Shown: positions 11,785-25,222, numbered from the whole stretch's first letter. The stretch is DNA of 61,995 nt, filler included, from Stramenopiles sp. TOSAG23-2 (GCA_900128395.1; 23 parts of 23 records of this genome joined end to end with filler, not necessarily neighbours in it); one strand, 5' to 3'. The notes: a model not told the origin generated them from the sequence alone. Made by a program: numbers and translations.

Positions 11785-12563
11785 GTCAAAAGAATTATAT
11801 TATAGTTTTCCTGTGGTTCTTTGCTTTCTTTGATATATAAGTACTATTACTATTACTACTACTACTACTACTACTACTGTTACTGTTACTGTTACAATCG
11901 AAGAAGAAGAAATAGAAAGATTGTTCTATATATAATTTGATACATATATATATATATATGTTATGCAGAGAGAGAGAGAGTACAGTAATATAAATATATT
12001 TTTATTTATTATTATTTTAAAAAGGTGCATAGAATAATAATCAAAAATTTCATCACGTGTCAAATTTCACAATGCTATCACATGCTGGCCGGGCTGGATA
12101 AAATCCGAATAAACTAAAGTTAAGAAAAATAATAACGGTGCTGCGTCGTTTTTTTTGCATTTTCAAATTATTTTATACTTAAAATTCAAAGTATACCATA
12201 ATACGTAATTTGATAGTATAATTTGATTATTTTAGTATTCTAATTTCCCTTTCAAGTATAAATTATTGTCATTTGATATCTAAATGTTGGCGGTTGGCGG
12301 TTTGCAGGCCAGGTTTCCTATTTTTTTCTTCCACTTTTATTGCACTTGCCTTAGGGCTTGCACACTTGCTGGCTTGATGGATATTTCTTCATCATAAAAT
12401 AACTTTAATATTTATCATATATACAATTTATACGAGTCTAGGGAGTGTGTAATTTAGTACAATATGTAAACATAGAAAACAAGATTTAATGAAATAGAAT
12501 ATACAATAAAGCAGAAGAAATATATAAAAAGACGTAAATAAATTAAAAAAGAAATAAAGTCAA

Positions 12564-13334
12564 ATGGATTTGATGGTGGAAAGCAAAGGGTTAAGTGTGG
12601 AAGATATAGCCGTCGGTAATAATGTGGAACAAGAAGACGTTGTTGGGGAACTACCTAATAACAACAACTCCTCGTTTGCAAATAGTAATAATAAAAGAAC
12701 AAATCGTCGCAATCGTCGTGCATCATCTAGGTTAAGGCAAGTATTAGGAAATGAAACCAGCTATGAAGCTATAATGAATTATATGAAATTATCAAAACAA
12801 AGTCGAATGGACGCACTGTCAGCGGAAGAGGAAGCAAAAGCATCTGCTAATAAATTTTACAATAGTTCAAATAATGGTAATAATAATTTTAGTGATAGTT
12901 TAGCAGATAGTGATACGGAATCGATTGTATCGATTTCATCTCGAACTCATGCTAGAGCACAAAGCAAATTAAATGCTGCAATACTTAGTGTACAAAGACG
13001 GACAGAAAGAGAAGTTTTGCCAAAATTGGAACGATTGACTGCTACTACTGCATCAGCTATACATTTAGGACGTGAAGTAGAACTTGCTTTTAAAAATGAA
13101 TTAGTAAAAGCGGAGGAGTGGGGTAAAAATGGAGCAGCAAAAGCATCAAGTAGCTCAAGTATGGATGTTTACTTATTGCAATCATTATGTAAATCTATTT
13201 GTAAAAAAGACGGTAGAGATGCTTTATTAGAATATGTAATTCAAGCAATAGAAGATGTGGAAATAGGCGAAGGTGATATTATTAATGATGAGGAAGATGA
13301 TATGAATGATGAACAAAATGAAGAAGAAATTTAA
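12564..13334 (+). CDS. Hypothetical protein, divergent from TMEM67
   Basis: Complete 256-aa ORF with coding-like composition. Confidence 0.8.
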   Translation: MDLMVESKGLSVEDIAVGNNVEQEDVVGELPNNNNSSFANSNNKRTNRRNRRASSRLRQVLGNETSYEAIMNYMKLSKQSRMDALSAEEEAKASANKFYNSSNNGNNNFSDSLADSDTESIVSISSRTHARAQSKLNAAILSVQRRTEREVLPKLERLTATTASAIHLGREVELAFKNELVKAEEWGKNGAAKASSSSSMDVYLLQSLCKSICKKDGRDALLEYVIQAIEDVEIGEGDIINDEEDDMNDEQNEEEI

Positions 13335-13578
13335 AAAAGACCCGGACAATCTGTTATATATAAAAAAAATATCAAAATTTTAAAAACAATTTTTACATTT
13401 CACATACAGTATACGCGTACATAATATATATATAAAATGTTCTCTTACTCATATATTATATAAATTTCTTTTACTCCCNNNNNNNNNNNNNNNNNNNNNN
13501 NNNNNNNNNNNNNNNNNNNNNNTTAATTAATTAANNNNNNNNNNNNNNNNNNNNNNNNNNNNNNNNNNNNNNNNNNNN

Positions 13579-13631
13579 AAAATTTGTACCGAAAATTTAC
13601 GACTGGCCGGCACAGTAAAAATTATATCGGG
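13579..13631. mobile_element. Terminal 53 bp of a fold-back MITE arm at contig start
   Basis: aatttgtaccgaaaatttacgactggccggcacagtaaaaattatatcggg is identical to the right arm of the 8859-9092 copy. Confidence 0.9.
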
Positions 13632-13905
13632 ACCACCATATATCATAGAATTATGCAAAAACTCACCCAAGAAATATATAGAAGAAATGCATTTAGGAAA
13701 ACCAGATAGTAATTATGTAAACAACAATACATTGGCTGATAATATCCACATCAATCGAGGGTACACGCGTATTACGTTAAATATATATATATATACATGC
13801 ACTCCCACCTTTGTCATATTACTACTATTAATAATACCAGACTATTATTTCACTTTATATTGAAACAAACATTTAATCATCAATTTTGATAAATAATTAC
13901 GTTTG

Positions 13906-13937
<32 letters not shown>

Positions 13938-13988
13938 CAAGTAAGAAAACAAAACAAAAAATAATAAAAACATTCCAACAAGAACAAT

Positions 13989-15724
13989 ATGGCAGAAGAA
14001 TTACGATCTGCACTTGCATTGTCTCGTGCAAGGGAACAAATTAATAAATCACATTTAAAAGAAGTGCAGAGTGAAAATAAAAAATTAAAAGAACTATTAA
14101 GAGAAGAAAAAATGTCAAATCAACAAATATTACGAAAATTATCAAATTTACAACAACAAAAGCAAAAAAGTAATAATATTAACAATACCAATCGACGTGC
14201 ATCTACAGGAAATGCTTTATATGGAACAGATACATTGTTTAAATCAATTGGTACACAAACATTGCGTACATCAAAGCAAACAACAACAACAACAACGGCA
14301 AAACCAACCAACACACAACAACGCCCATTCCACTATAATAATAAAAAATATACAAATAAACAACAATATATTCAGTCATTAGAAAAACAATTGGAACAAC
14401 AACATCATATTCATATGAATTTGAAAAAACAATTTAAAGAAACAAGTGGAAATTTAACTATTTTAATGAATGCATTGGGTATGTTTGAAAAGGCTGTTAT
14501 TGGTCCTGTGAATAAAGATGGATCGATATCACCACATCCACCAACCGTTAAAGAAATTACACGTGATGCAAAACGTGAAAGAATTGAATTTAATCATCAA
14601 CAAGAAAAAAAAATGAAGAATATAACAATGCATAATAATACTACCAATAATAATAATAAATTATCTTCTAAAACGAATGATAATAATAGCAACAGCAATA
14701 ATATATTACCAAATAGTGCAGATGTAGAAAATATGATCTTATCATTAAGTGATTTAGCAAATGAAACCATACGCTTACGTAGTATGATGGATGATGACAA
14801 TACAATAGTGAACGGTGATACTAATGATAATAACTACGAAGAGACCAATAGTAATGGTAATAATAATAATAATAATAATAATAGTGACAATACACCATCA
14901 CGAAATGAGGTATTAGCATCGAAATTAAGAATCTTTCAACAAATTTCAAAACAAAAAGAAATGAATTATATGGAAGAAGCACAACGTATGGAAGAGGAAA
15001 TTTTACGATTGAATATTGAATTAAAAGATTTAAAACAAATCAATCAAACCATTGAGGAACAGCAAGAGGATACGATTAATACATTAGGTATGATAGATAT
15101 GTTTGATCCAAATAGTATGGAAAAAAATACATTAAATATGATTGATGAAATTGCTAATTTACGAATATTTTGTGAAAAACAAATTAAAATGAAAATCAAT
15201 CAAAATGATAATGAAAAGAAAAAATTATCAAATTTATTAGAAAATTTCAATAATAATAATAATAATAATAATGCTAGGGATGGTAATAATGTTGATGGTA
15301 TGGTTGTTACAACACCAAATGGTAATAGTAATAATAATAAAAAGAACAAAAACGCAGATGAAGAAAAAATTGGTAAGTTTAGATAATGTTTATTTCTATA
15401 TATATATATATAAGATTTGTCACATGAGATAATCAATATATATATACATATACATACTAACAATAGTTTGTTCACACATTCACATATATGTATTTTTATA
15501 CATATTATACACGCATACAAAATATTGTTATATCAGATGAAAATACTATGTTATTGGTTGATGGAGTGAAAACGATTGGACGAATCGATAGCATTGGTAG
15601 TTTAGATTCATCGAATGATGAGGAGGAAGAAGAGGTAGATAACCAAATCAATGAAGCTTGGCAAAAGACCATGGATATGATTTTACCATCAGAACTGGAT
15701 GCATTGCAAAATTCATTTCAATAA
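13989..15724 (+). CDS. Coiled-coil, Asn-rich protein; one intron at 15373-15536
   Basis: GTAAGT...CTAAC...CAG intron joins ORF 13989-15386 in frame to ORF 15488-15724 (KI-D-ENTMLL). Confidence 0.8.
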
Positions 15725-16091
15725 AATTTTATAATGATGTGTAGTGTTGTATAATCTACGTAATATATATGATTATATGTGCGTGTGGACAATATATAAC
15801 AACCGTAATACCGTAATATAGAGTAAATTAAAATATAAATACTGCTGTAGTTACCCGACACAATCGTTTATATTGATATAATGCTATTATTATATTTTAC
15901 GTATTATTTATTTATTTAAACACTTACCACTATATTTATTATTAGTTTCATCTTATACCAGAGGTATAAAAATATTATGTACAGATTTTGTTTAAAAAAA
16001 ACATTTTTGTTAAAAAAATATATAGACTTTTTCCATTATTTGAAAATCTCGTGTGTGTATGGAATCTACTCCCTCTTCTTCCTCTCAGTTC

Positions 16092-16186
16092 TTAACTCCT
16101 GCAAAATGTACATTCGCATCCATTGACTGGGCATACATCATGTTCCCAACTTGCCATGCATAATGCATGTCCACCATGACCACAAT
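16092..16186 (-). CDS. C-terminal zinc-finger/RING fragment of GATOR2/SEA subunit type (MIOS/WDR24/WDR59-like)
   Basis: Own translation: CGHGGHALCMASWEHDVCPVNGCECTFCRS*, matching the CxHGGH...W...CP...CxC signature. Confidence 0.7.
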
Positions 16187-16286
16187 NNNNNNNNNNNNNN
16201 NNNNNNNNNNNNNNNNNNNNNNNNNNNNNNTTAATTAATTAANNNNNNNNNNNNNNNNNNNNNNNNNNNNNNNNNNNNNNNNNNNN

Positions 16287-17207
16287 AATAATATTACAAA
16301 AGATATGAATGAAAAATTAACGATTACAACAACAACAACAACAACAAAAGAAACGACAAAAACAGAAACAACAACTACAAACAACAACAAATTAAAAGTC
16401 TCACCAATTCAAAGTAAAAAACCATATTCATCTAAAATTTTAAATGCACATAAAACAAATGTTATATCTTCATTGATAGAAAATGGTGATTTTGATGAAA
16501 GTGATGATCTTGGTTGGGTTGGCCCAGATAATATTGATCAAATGGAAGATTCAGGTTGGGGTGTAGTACATCGTAAACATCGTAATAATAAAAATAAACG
16601 ATACAATAATAATAATAATAACAACAACAGCAATAACAACAATGCAAATGTATTAAATCGTGAAGTTGGCTGTGTTACTGTTGATTTTGCCATGCAAAAT
16701 GTATTAATGCAAATGGGTTTAGGATTATATTCCATACGTGGTGTTGCTATTCGTAAATTAAAACAATGGGTATTGCGTTGTTTAGCATGTTATCATATCA
16801 CAAGTAAAATGGATAAATTATTTTGTCCACGTTGTGGTAGTGATACAATGACTAAATTATCTGTTTATGTGAATGATAAAGGTGGTTTACGATATGGTTT
16901 TAAAAAAAATTATCGTGTAAAAACACGTGGTACGAAATTTGCAATAGCAAAAACAAAAGGTGGGCGTAAAGATCAAGGTTTATTACTACGGGAAGATCAA
17001 ATGTTATCTGGGCAATGGAAACAAACTGCACGTAAAAAAGAAAAGATGGAAAGTATGTTTGGTGAAGATTTATCACAACAATTAGGGTTAAAAGAATATC
17101 AAAACAGTGAATTAGTTGTTGGTTTTGGACGTCGAAATCCAAATGCACAACGTGGACGTGAACGACGTGGTAAGAAGAAAAAAAATAAAAATGCTAGGTT
17201 TTTTTAG
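16287..17207 (+). CDS. NOB1: 20S pre-rRNA endonuclease NOB1, 5'-partial
   Basis: GWVGPDNI, VGCVTVDFAMQNVLMQMGL, LRCLAC...FCPRCG zinc ribbon, RGTKFAI, LLLREDQ, GRRNPN. Confidence 0.95.
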   Translation, partial: NNITKDMNEKLTITTTTTTTKETTKTETTTTNNNKLKVSPIQSKKPYSSKILNAHKTNVISSLIENGDFDESDDLGWVGPDNIDQMEDSGWGVVHRKHRNNKNKRYNNNNNNNNSNNNNANVLNREVGCVTVDFAMQNVLMQMGLGLYSIRGVAIRKLKQWVLRCLACYHITSKMDKLFCPRCGSDTMTKLSVYVNDKGGLRYGFKKNYRVKTRGTKFAIAKTKGGRKDQGLLLREDQMLSGQWKQTARKKEKMESMFGEDLSQQLGLKEYQNSELVVGFGRRNPNAQRGRERRGKKKKNKNARFF

Positions 17208-17554
17208 AGAGAGAGGCTGAGAGATGTGTGGGGGGATACAGAAGAAGTAGATACATAGTAAAGAATAAATATAATATGTGACGACGTGGTAAGAAGAAAA
17301 AAAATAAAAATGCTAGGTTTTTTTAGAGAGAGAGGCTGAGAGATGTGTGGGGGGATACAGAAGAAGTAGATACATAGTAAAGAATAAATATAATATGTGC
17401 GAGAGTAAAAAATGGTATTATTTTTCGTATGATATTATATTGTTAATTTTTACCAGAGACATGGCAACACGCACCACGAACATTCTCCACTCTCTCTTGT
17501 TGTACGAGTATCTCATATCTCATACGCGTATAATGTCATATGTCATGTATTACC

Positions 17555-18894
17555 TCATATCTCATCTTCTTCAAACATTATACTCATATGCCCTCCACCA
17601 CCACCATTTGCGACACCACTCCCATCACCAATACCATTACCACCATCCTCATCATTATTCATCATATTAGAATCCCGACCTTCCTTCCCTCCTCGTTCTT
17701 TTTCAATCGCTGCAACAGCAGCCACTACCGCTTCATCCTCTTCCTTCTGTTTCTTACTCATTTTAATCAAATTTGCCGCACGTTTCAAACGTTCACTAGT
17801 AAATGCACCAGCTTTTCCTTGTATCCAATCAACCAATGTACCTTGTCTAGCACCACGCATTGCTTGTAATACTGGTTTTAATTCATTATCTAATCTTGTT
17901 GCTTCCCATCCTAATTTTTCATTTGCATATATTCTTAATCCATCCATATTTGGTGTACCCCACGTAAAACCTTCTGTACTAGCATCGACTTCTGGATTCA
18001 TATATGCTTCATAAACAGCTTTACTAGGAAATGATTCTGGTGCATTCCATCGCGTCTTTGCATTTCCTATTATATATATAAGACAAAAGAATATTATTAT
18101 TATTATAAATTGTTAGTTATATAACATACATACAATTAAATGTAGTAAAGAGGAGATATGCATATATCTACATTATATTAGTATATATAGAAAATACATA
18201 CGATGTTTATATTTGAATTGATCTTTTTTCGATAATTGTGCAATTTCTGCTTTGGTTAACTTTTTGTTTTGACGATCAATATCTACATTATATTAGTATA
18301 TATAGAAAATACATACGATGTTTATATTTGAATTGATCTTTTTTCGATAATTGTGCAATTTCTGCTTTGGTTAACTTTTTGTTTTGACGATCAAATTCAT
18401 CAACCGTTTCTAACCACGTTTTAAATTCTTTCAATCCATCATGTGTGCCATTAAATGCAGCAATGATTTCAGTAGCATTGACGACACCAACACCTTTAAT
18501 ACCAAGTGCATAATCACTGCCTAATAATTCTGCCATTGCTATAAATGTTTCCTGTTTAAATCCAAGTTCATCTTCTAACGTGTTTGCATTATAAATTTCG
18601 GTATATTTTCGTTCCTCAAAAAAGTTTTTATAAATACGTTTACCACCAAACACAAACACATCACTATCATTTGTAATAATACCATTTACTAATCCTAATG
18701 TTTCCAACTTGGCACATTGCGCTTCCGCTTCCATTGGTGCAATAACATATGGTAAACCAAATAAACCAAGTAATTCAATTACATCATCTACCATTTCATC
18801 CGTAACACCATCTGCATCACGAATAGCACGATTATGTAATTGTCGTAATTCTCGATCTTCCTCTGCGAGATTAGACAGTTCTTTATTTATGTTG
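17555..18894 (-). CDS. ERCC5: XPG/Rad2 structure-specific endonuclease, I-region to C-terminus; intron at 18316-18067 (contains a duplicated exon end)
   Basis: LLGLFGLPYVIAPMEAEAQCA, GIITNDSDVFVFGG, LLGSDY..GIKGVG.VNA.EI, FPSKAVYEAYMNPEVD, FTWGTP. Confidence 0.92.
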
Positions 18895-18994
18895 NNNNNN
18901 NNNNNNNNNNNNNNNNNNNNNNNNNNNNNNNNNNNNNNTTAATTAATTAANNNNNNNNNNNNNNNNNNNNNNNNNNNNNNNNNNNNNNNNNNNN

Positions 18995-19362
18995 GGTAGT
19001 ATCTATATTATAGCAGGTGCAAATGATAAACAATTTTATAATGATATCTGGTCGATGAATTTTTATAATCGTAATAAATTTAATTTAATAACAAATGGTG
19101 GGAAGAAAGCGAAAAATATATTTTCACCAAGGTATTCTCATCGTTCTATATTATTTAATGATGAGATATATGTAATGGGTGGATTTACAAATGAACCAGT
19201 TGGACAATTATTATGTGATGTATGGAAAATGCAAGGTAATGGACAAAGTTGGAAACGTTTAACTGTGAATGCATGGGGTAAAAAAGGACGTATTGAATTT
19301 GGTGCAATTTCTTATAATAAACAAATGTTTGTAATGGGTGGTAAGTATAAATCAACAATCTA

Positions 19363-19402
<40 letters not shown>

Positions 19403-20758
19403 TAAATACGATTAAATAGAAACGCTTGAGAAACAAGTTTCATTTATAAATATATATATTGTCTGTACATCAAATATAACATGAAAAAAATATTTCTAAC
19501 ATTCTTATATATATATTACCAAACAAAAAATGATCGTTTATTTTATATATTATAGGTTATGGTGGTAAAGCAACATTATCAAATAAAATAGAAATGAATG
19601 ATATATATAAAAGTACCGATGGTATTAAATGGAAACGTGTTGGAAATAGTACTACATCATTAAATAGATGGTCTAGACGTTCTGCATTTGGTATAGCTAC
19701 AATGAATGAAAATGTATATGTTATTGGTATGTATATCTAATATATTTTTATATATATATAAAAAAAAATATTTCTATTTCAATCTGATCGTATATATACG
19801 TATAGATAGAAATATTTTCTAACATTTACATATACACATACAATAACACACATGCATATATAGGCGGATACATCGATAAACCTTTACCAACATATTTTAA
19901 TGATATATGGGTTAGTAAAGATGGTGAATGTGAAATATGGAATACAATCCAACCAATATCAAAATCATTTTTTGATCCAATTGCTGATTTTCAATTTTTA
20001 ACATTTGATGGAATGTTATGGTTAATTGGTGGGAAAAAAGAAACTGGGGAAACAAATGAAATATGGTCAGGTACACCAAGTGGGACAGGATGGATAAAAA
20101 TTGATGTGAAAGGTAATAATATATGGGATGCACGCATGCAACATAGTGCCGCTACATGCAATGGTTTATTATTTGTATTTGGTGGTAAAAAACGTACAAG
20201 TGCTACTACACAAGAATATTTTTATTCATCAGATCCATTTTCTAATTTAAAAGGTTCAGATGTTTGGATATCAACCGTATCAGAGAAAACATGTGATTTA
20301 TATGAAAGTAGTAATCCAAGAAGTTCATGTTATTGTCATAATGCAACAAAAACAATCAATGCAAATATATTTAACAATGAATTCGATTTACCATTATGGG
20401 CTGTTATTTTAATGCTATCATTGCTCGTATTGTCTATTGCGGTTGTATTCTTTTTATATCGACGTTGGAAAAAAAAACAAACAAAGATAAAATTGGCTAA
20501 AATTAAAAAATTAGGTGGTAAAGCTGGTATGGATATTACTAAAAATTTAGATACTTTCTTAGCAAAACGTATTGATAATGCAAAAAGTCCATGTAAGTAT
20601 ATGTCATATGTGTATATATATGTATAGTGCATATATTCAAACAAATAATAATAACAACAACAACTAACGTGATCTAATTTCATACCACAACTCATATATA
20701 TTATGTATATTCTAAAGATGGTACAAAAGGTGTTTCAAAGAATTTAAATGCAAAATAA
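18995..20758 (+). CDS. Kelch-repeat (beta-propeller) single-pass membrane protein, 5'-partial; introns at 19341-19555, 19727-19863, 20593-20717
   Basis: Repeated YVxGG...NDVW/IW Kelch motifs reconstructed across GT-AG introns; TM segment LPLWAVILMLSLLVLSIAVVFFLY followed by basic residues. Confidence 0.85.
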
Positions 20759-21258
20759 ACCATGATGGTAGAAATATTAAATATGATAAAAAACATATGA
20801 TATTATACAGAGTAGAAGCGTGGAAGCCACACACCGTTAAACGTGTAAATGAGAGATTAAAACATTGTACGTCGTAGTTTGTTTGTATATATGTGTTTTA
20901 CCAAGCAGGCAAGAGGTTAAACATTTTAATAAATAACACAAACTCCTTACCAAAAAAAAATTGTTTAAACATCTCTCCCCAAACAACTTTTTACAACACC
21001 TTTTCCCTTTGTCGTTTCCTTTCAAAGAAGCCTTCTTGGACCGTTTTTTTACCATTTTTTCCGGCCGTCCGGCTTTTGGTATCCACCACACATACTTCAA
21101 TAAATAATGTTTATAGGAATAGGGGGAACACAAAAGAAAACAAAACAAACGCATCTTCTATAGTATTCAAATCAATTATTATTATTTACTTATTTATAAT
21201 TAAAAACAGAATTAATTAACAAATATACATATATATATATATTATATAGAATCAAAAC

Positions 21259-21377
21259 ATGTTATCAAATATATTAACAAAACGAATTACGTCGAAATTA
21301 ATTAATACAACGACGAAACGGGCATTATCAACCAATAGTCAATTTTGTGTAAGTATATTATAAATTTAAGATATGCG

Positions 21378-21408
<31 letters not shown>

Positions 21409-21598
21409 GGATGTCAAGTATAGGATTACAACTATTATATGACGACCAATTGTATCTATATATACCTACCTGATACACCCTCTATTACAAAATAATATAA
21501 ATAATATAGCTAACAATATATATATATATATATATCATCATCAATCATATATTACGTATCTTATATAGGATTTATCTGGTAAAGTTATTGTTGTTGCT
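21259..21598 (+). CDS. N-terminus of a probable mitochondrial short-chain dehydrogenase; intron at 21349-21568
   Basis: Spliced MLSNILTKRITSKLINTTTKRALSTNSQFC-DLSGKVIVVA: presequence-like peptide followed by an SDR first-strand motif. Confidence 0.6.
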
Positions 21599-21698
21599 NN
21601 NNNNNNNNNNNNNNNNNNNNNNNNNNNNNNNNNNNNNNNNNNTTAATTAATTAANNNNNNNNNNNNNNNNNNNNNNNNNNNNNNNNNNNNNNNNNNNN

Positions 21699-24302
21699 AT
21701 ATTGACTTTGCCGCCGCTATCACCAACTGTAATGCGCGGATTACTCTTCATAGAAAACGAAGAAGTTAAACATGTTGGTCGATCAATTAATTTGTAAATC
21801 ATGCTAGGTGGCAATGGCTGAGCTGTCGGTACTGTCATTGCCCATGATACATTCGCTCCAGTAATACCAGTTATCTTTGCTAATGTTGGTACTTCATTGT
21901 ACAAAGGTGATCTCCAAATGCGGATCTCATGATCTTCCGAGATGGAAACAATAATAGTTGCATTTACCGTAAACCTACATGCAATGATTGGACTTTGAGA
22001 TGTTGAGGAACCCAACACTGCTGTTAAATGGTTATCATGTGCCCGTGTGACACGAATAGTACCGTCCATACTACCTGTTGCAAAAACTTCATTGCTTGGT
22101 GCCCATGCCATATCCATAATTTTGCCGTGATGGCCGTATATAGTCGTGCCGCCAGGGGAATGTTTCATTTCGCGCCTCATCATTTCTGCAGCAATTGCAG
22201 ATTCAGTAACGCCTTCAATCTTTCCTTTTTTCAACGCAACCAGTTCGTCTTTGCTTAGGACTGTTTCATTTCGTCTTTTTACTTCATCTTGAATATCTTT
22301 CTTTTTTGGTGTATGATTGTATGTCTCTTGTAAATCCCATAAAATAGCAACTTTACTATCTTGTCTGGTCAACATGAAGAAACCATCTGGTGACAATGAA
22401 AAACTTTTTATCATGGTTCCCGTATGCATCATAGGCATCAAAATACTTAATAGCCCTAATCTAGCAGCCGTCTTGTTCTTTCGTGATTTCGAGCCAAAAC
22501 TTCTAGAATCAATACGTTTAACATGATGAGTATCCCATATTAATATTTCCATTGCACGGCCGCAACTAATTAAGTTTTTCCCTCCATGTGAAAATGCCAA
22601 TTTAGTTATCATGCTCCAATGTCCTGAAAAAATTGCTAGCAGACATCCATGATTCGCCTCTCCGTTAATATATGATGAAATATGGTGAGGTTTTACGCCA
22701 CCAGCCATTGCCATGCATATTGAATCCGGTGCAAGTGCCCAAGCGCCTACTGTTTGCACGTTCATATCTATTTGATGTGCAAGCGAATTTAAAGATGGTG
22801 CTGCTTCTTTTGCACCACGAGCTACTATTGGGTTTGCATCGGGTGGAACAGGATGTAATAAAACAAAACCATCATTAACAGTCAGAACTCGTCTACAATC
22901 TTTTGCAAACGTTGCAGGTTCTCTTAATGTACCTATTGGGGGACGTAATTGTGTACAAAATTGTCCAGTTTCTGCATTTAAAAGTTCCACAGCACCATCT
23001 GCTCGTGTGACCAATATGGAGCTACAAACACTGGATGGATGTAAAACTGTTGCTAAAGATGGTGCAAACTCTAAATGTTGCGAATCTATACCGACAACAG
23101 CGGCTCCATTACCACGTGCATTGCTAACGATGACATCTGCAAACTTTTGATCGAGTACAGATAACGGTCGCGGATTCCATAAACGTATACTACCATCAGA
23201 TTCGCCTGATACTAATACGGTCTCATCATCAGAAAATGCAACAGCTGTTACAGCTGTCATATGGCCGCAAAGAACACCACTTCCGAGTGGTTTACCTGTG
23301 TATCTATTAAATACACGAAGATCTCCTTTGGATGTTGCATGCACTACAACAGATTTTGAAATTGCACATGCCGTTACAGTATCACCTCTCGTCTCATTTA
23401 ATACAGTTGGGTCGATCTCATTATATAGTGGACCAATACTAGATAGAGATACCACTCTCATTCCTGTAGCTGAATCGCGCAATATGACTACTGCAGTTGA
23501 ATTATAAGTTGAATTATTATTTGTCGCACTCGTATTTACACTTCTTTGGTTATCAATACTCTCCGATGTTGTTGCAGTAATTGTATTTCTTGCCAAGTTT
23601 GTTCCTTGTTGGTCATTTGCCAGAAGCGAAATGTGAAGTGGTTCACCTACTTTGCGCAACATTTCCTCCGCAGTAGATATATTCCATACACGAAAAGTCC
23701 TATCTTCGACGGACGCGGTGAGCAAATTATCTTCAATCATGATACATGATGTAACTTCTCCATTGTGTGCATTCCATTTGCTTTCCAAAACCATTTCATT
23801 TTGCTTCACCCTTACAATCGCAACATCGCCATTGCGACAGCCATAACAAATTCTTTTTCCGTCTGCAGACCATGAAAATGTTATAATGCCTTTGTTATTC
23901 ATTATGCCTCTGTCTGTTTCATCCGCATACGTGTAAATGAGTTTGGAACTGAATACATCCCAATATTTTAATGTCCCATCAATGGACGATGACACTAGAG
24001 TTTTTAAGTCACATGGGCAAAATTTACAATCGGTTACAGCATCTTCATGAGACTTAAAAATGTTTAAACATTCACCAGATTGATTCCATATTCTGATTGA
24101 CATATCATCCGATGCAGAAGCTAGCAACGATCTTGCTCCAACACTGTTTGATGTAGGTGCAAAAGCCAAAGCGTTCACTTTTCCTGTGTGCCCATTTAAT
24201 GATCTCAAGCAAGGATCCGCTGCGGTTGCTTTATTCATCCACCGAATCCAACGGCGAAAACCGGCACACAATTCTTTTTCATCTTTATTTGGTACAACAT
24301 CT
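21699..24302 (-). CDS. Multi-WD40-repeat protein (internal fragment; TEP1/NACHT-WD40-like region)
   Basis: Many GH...WD/WN repeats (LNGHTGKV...IRIWN, CGHMTAV...IRLWN, SGHWS...LIWD); open across the whole contig. Confidence 0.9.
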
Positions 24303-24404
24303 NNNNNNNNNNNNNNNNNNNNNNNNNNNNNNNNNNNNNNNNNNNNTTAATTAATTAANNNNNNNNNNNNNNNNNNNNNNNNNNNNNNNNNNNNNNNNNN
24401 NNGG

Positions 24405-24668
24405 GATATCGATGCTATTTACGAAGCTGCGCTTAAATTCAATGCCAATGGCAGTGCCATAACACGATATGCCAGGGAATTGCGTGATAAATTACGTAAA
24501 ATTGTTGCACATGTAGAAGCTAGTATTCCATTCGATGTTGATCATCGTGGTGAAGCAGTGATTGCTGGTAGTAATGGTAATAATGCGATGGAAAAAGGTA
24601 GTGGAAGTAATGGTGGTGGTGGTGGTGGTGGGAACATGATGATGATGGATGGTGGTGGTGGTGGATGA
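24405..24668 (+). CDS. C-terminal fragment of a bromodomain-containing protein
   Basis: DIDAIYEAALKFNANGSAITRYARELRD matches bromodomain helices B-C with the conserved Asn. Confidence 0.65.
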   Translation, partial: DIDAIYEAALKFNANGSAITRYARELRDKLRKIVAHVEASIPFDVDHRGEAVIAGSNGNNAMEKGSGSNGGGGGGGNMMMMDGGGGG

Positions 24669-25027
24669 TGATGGATGGTGGTGGTGGTGGTGGTGGTGGT
24701 GATAATAGTGGGAAGAGAAAACGTAAGAAACGTAGGTGAAAAAGGAGAGATAGACGGGAGGATACATGTAATGTGTGTGTGTTAAAATCATAGGTTTTTT
24801 AAATATGATATATTAGATATCTAATAAATATTTTTATTTTTTTTTTATTAGAATTGTGTTCAATTTTTTTACTTAAATTTGTTGGAATGCTCGAATGCTA
24901 GATGATGTCTAGTACAAACACTGCCTATACGACTATACGAAAACGTTGCTGTGATGGTGCTGTGGTGCTGTGGTAGAAGCTATTTTTTTGATATCAGTGA
25001 TATATCTAGATCCGTTCGATATCTAAG

Positions 25028-25222
25028 ACAATAGTATGGAGACAGCACTAAACATTTGTACCGAAAATCGTCTATTATATTAGCAGGTACATACCATTGA
25101 AAACGGATTGGGACAAGAAATACTAGATCACTAACAAGTATAAGCTATCAATCAAACACTATGCACTTTATGCTACTACAATAGTATGGAGACAGGACTA
25201 AACATTTGTACCGAAAATCGTC
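25028..25222 (+). repeat. Two 45-bp direct repeats (25028-25072, 25178-25222), one mismatch
   Basis: acaatagtatggagacag(c/g)actaaacatttgtaccgaaaatcgtc, period 150 bp. Confidence 0.9.

Noticed and set aside
17160..17399. 120-bp tandem duplication at the NOB1 3' end (similar cases near 18165-18390, 31163-31378, 32303-32411, 42687-42920)
   Set aside because: Abrupt, near-exact, read-length duplications scattered over many contigs are best explained as scaffolding or gap-fill artefacts
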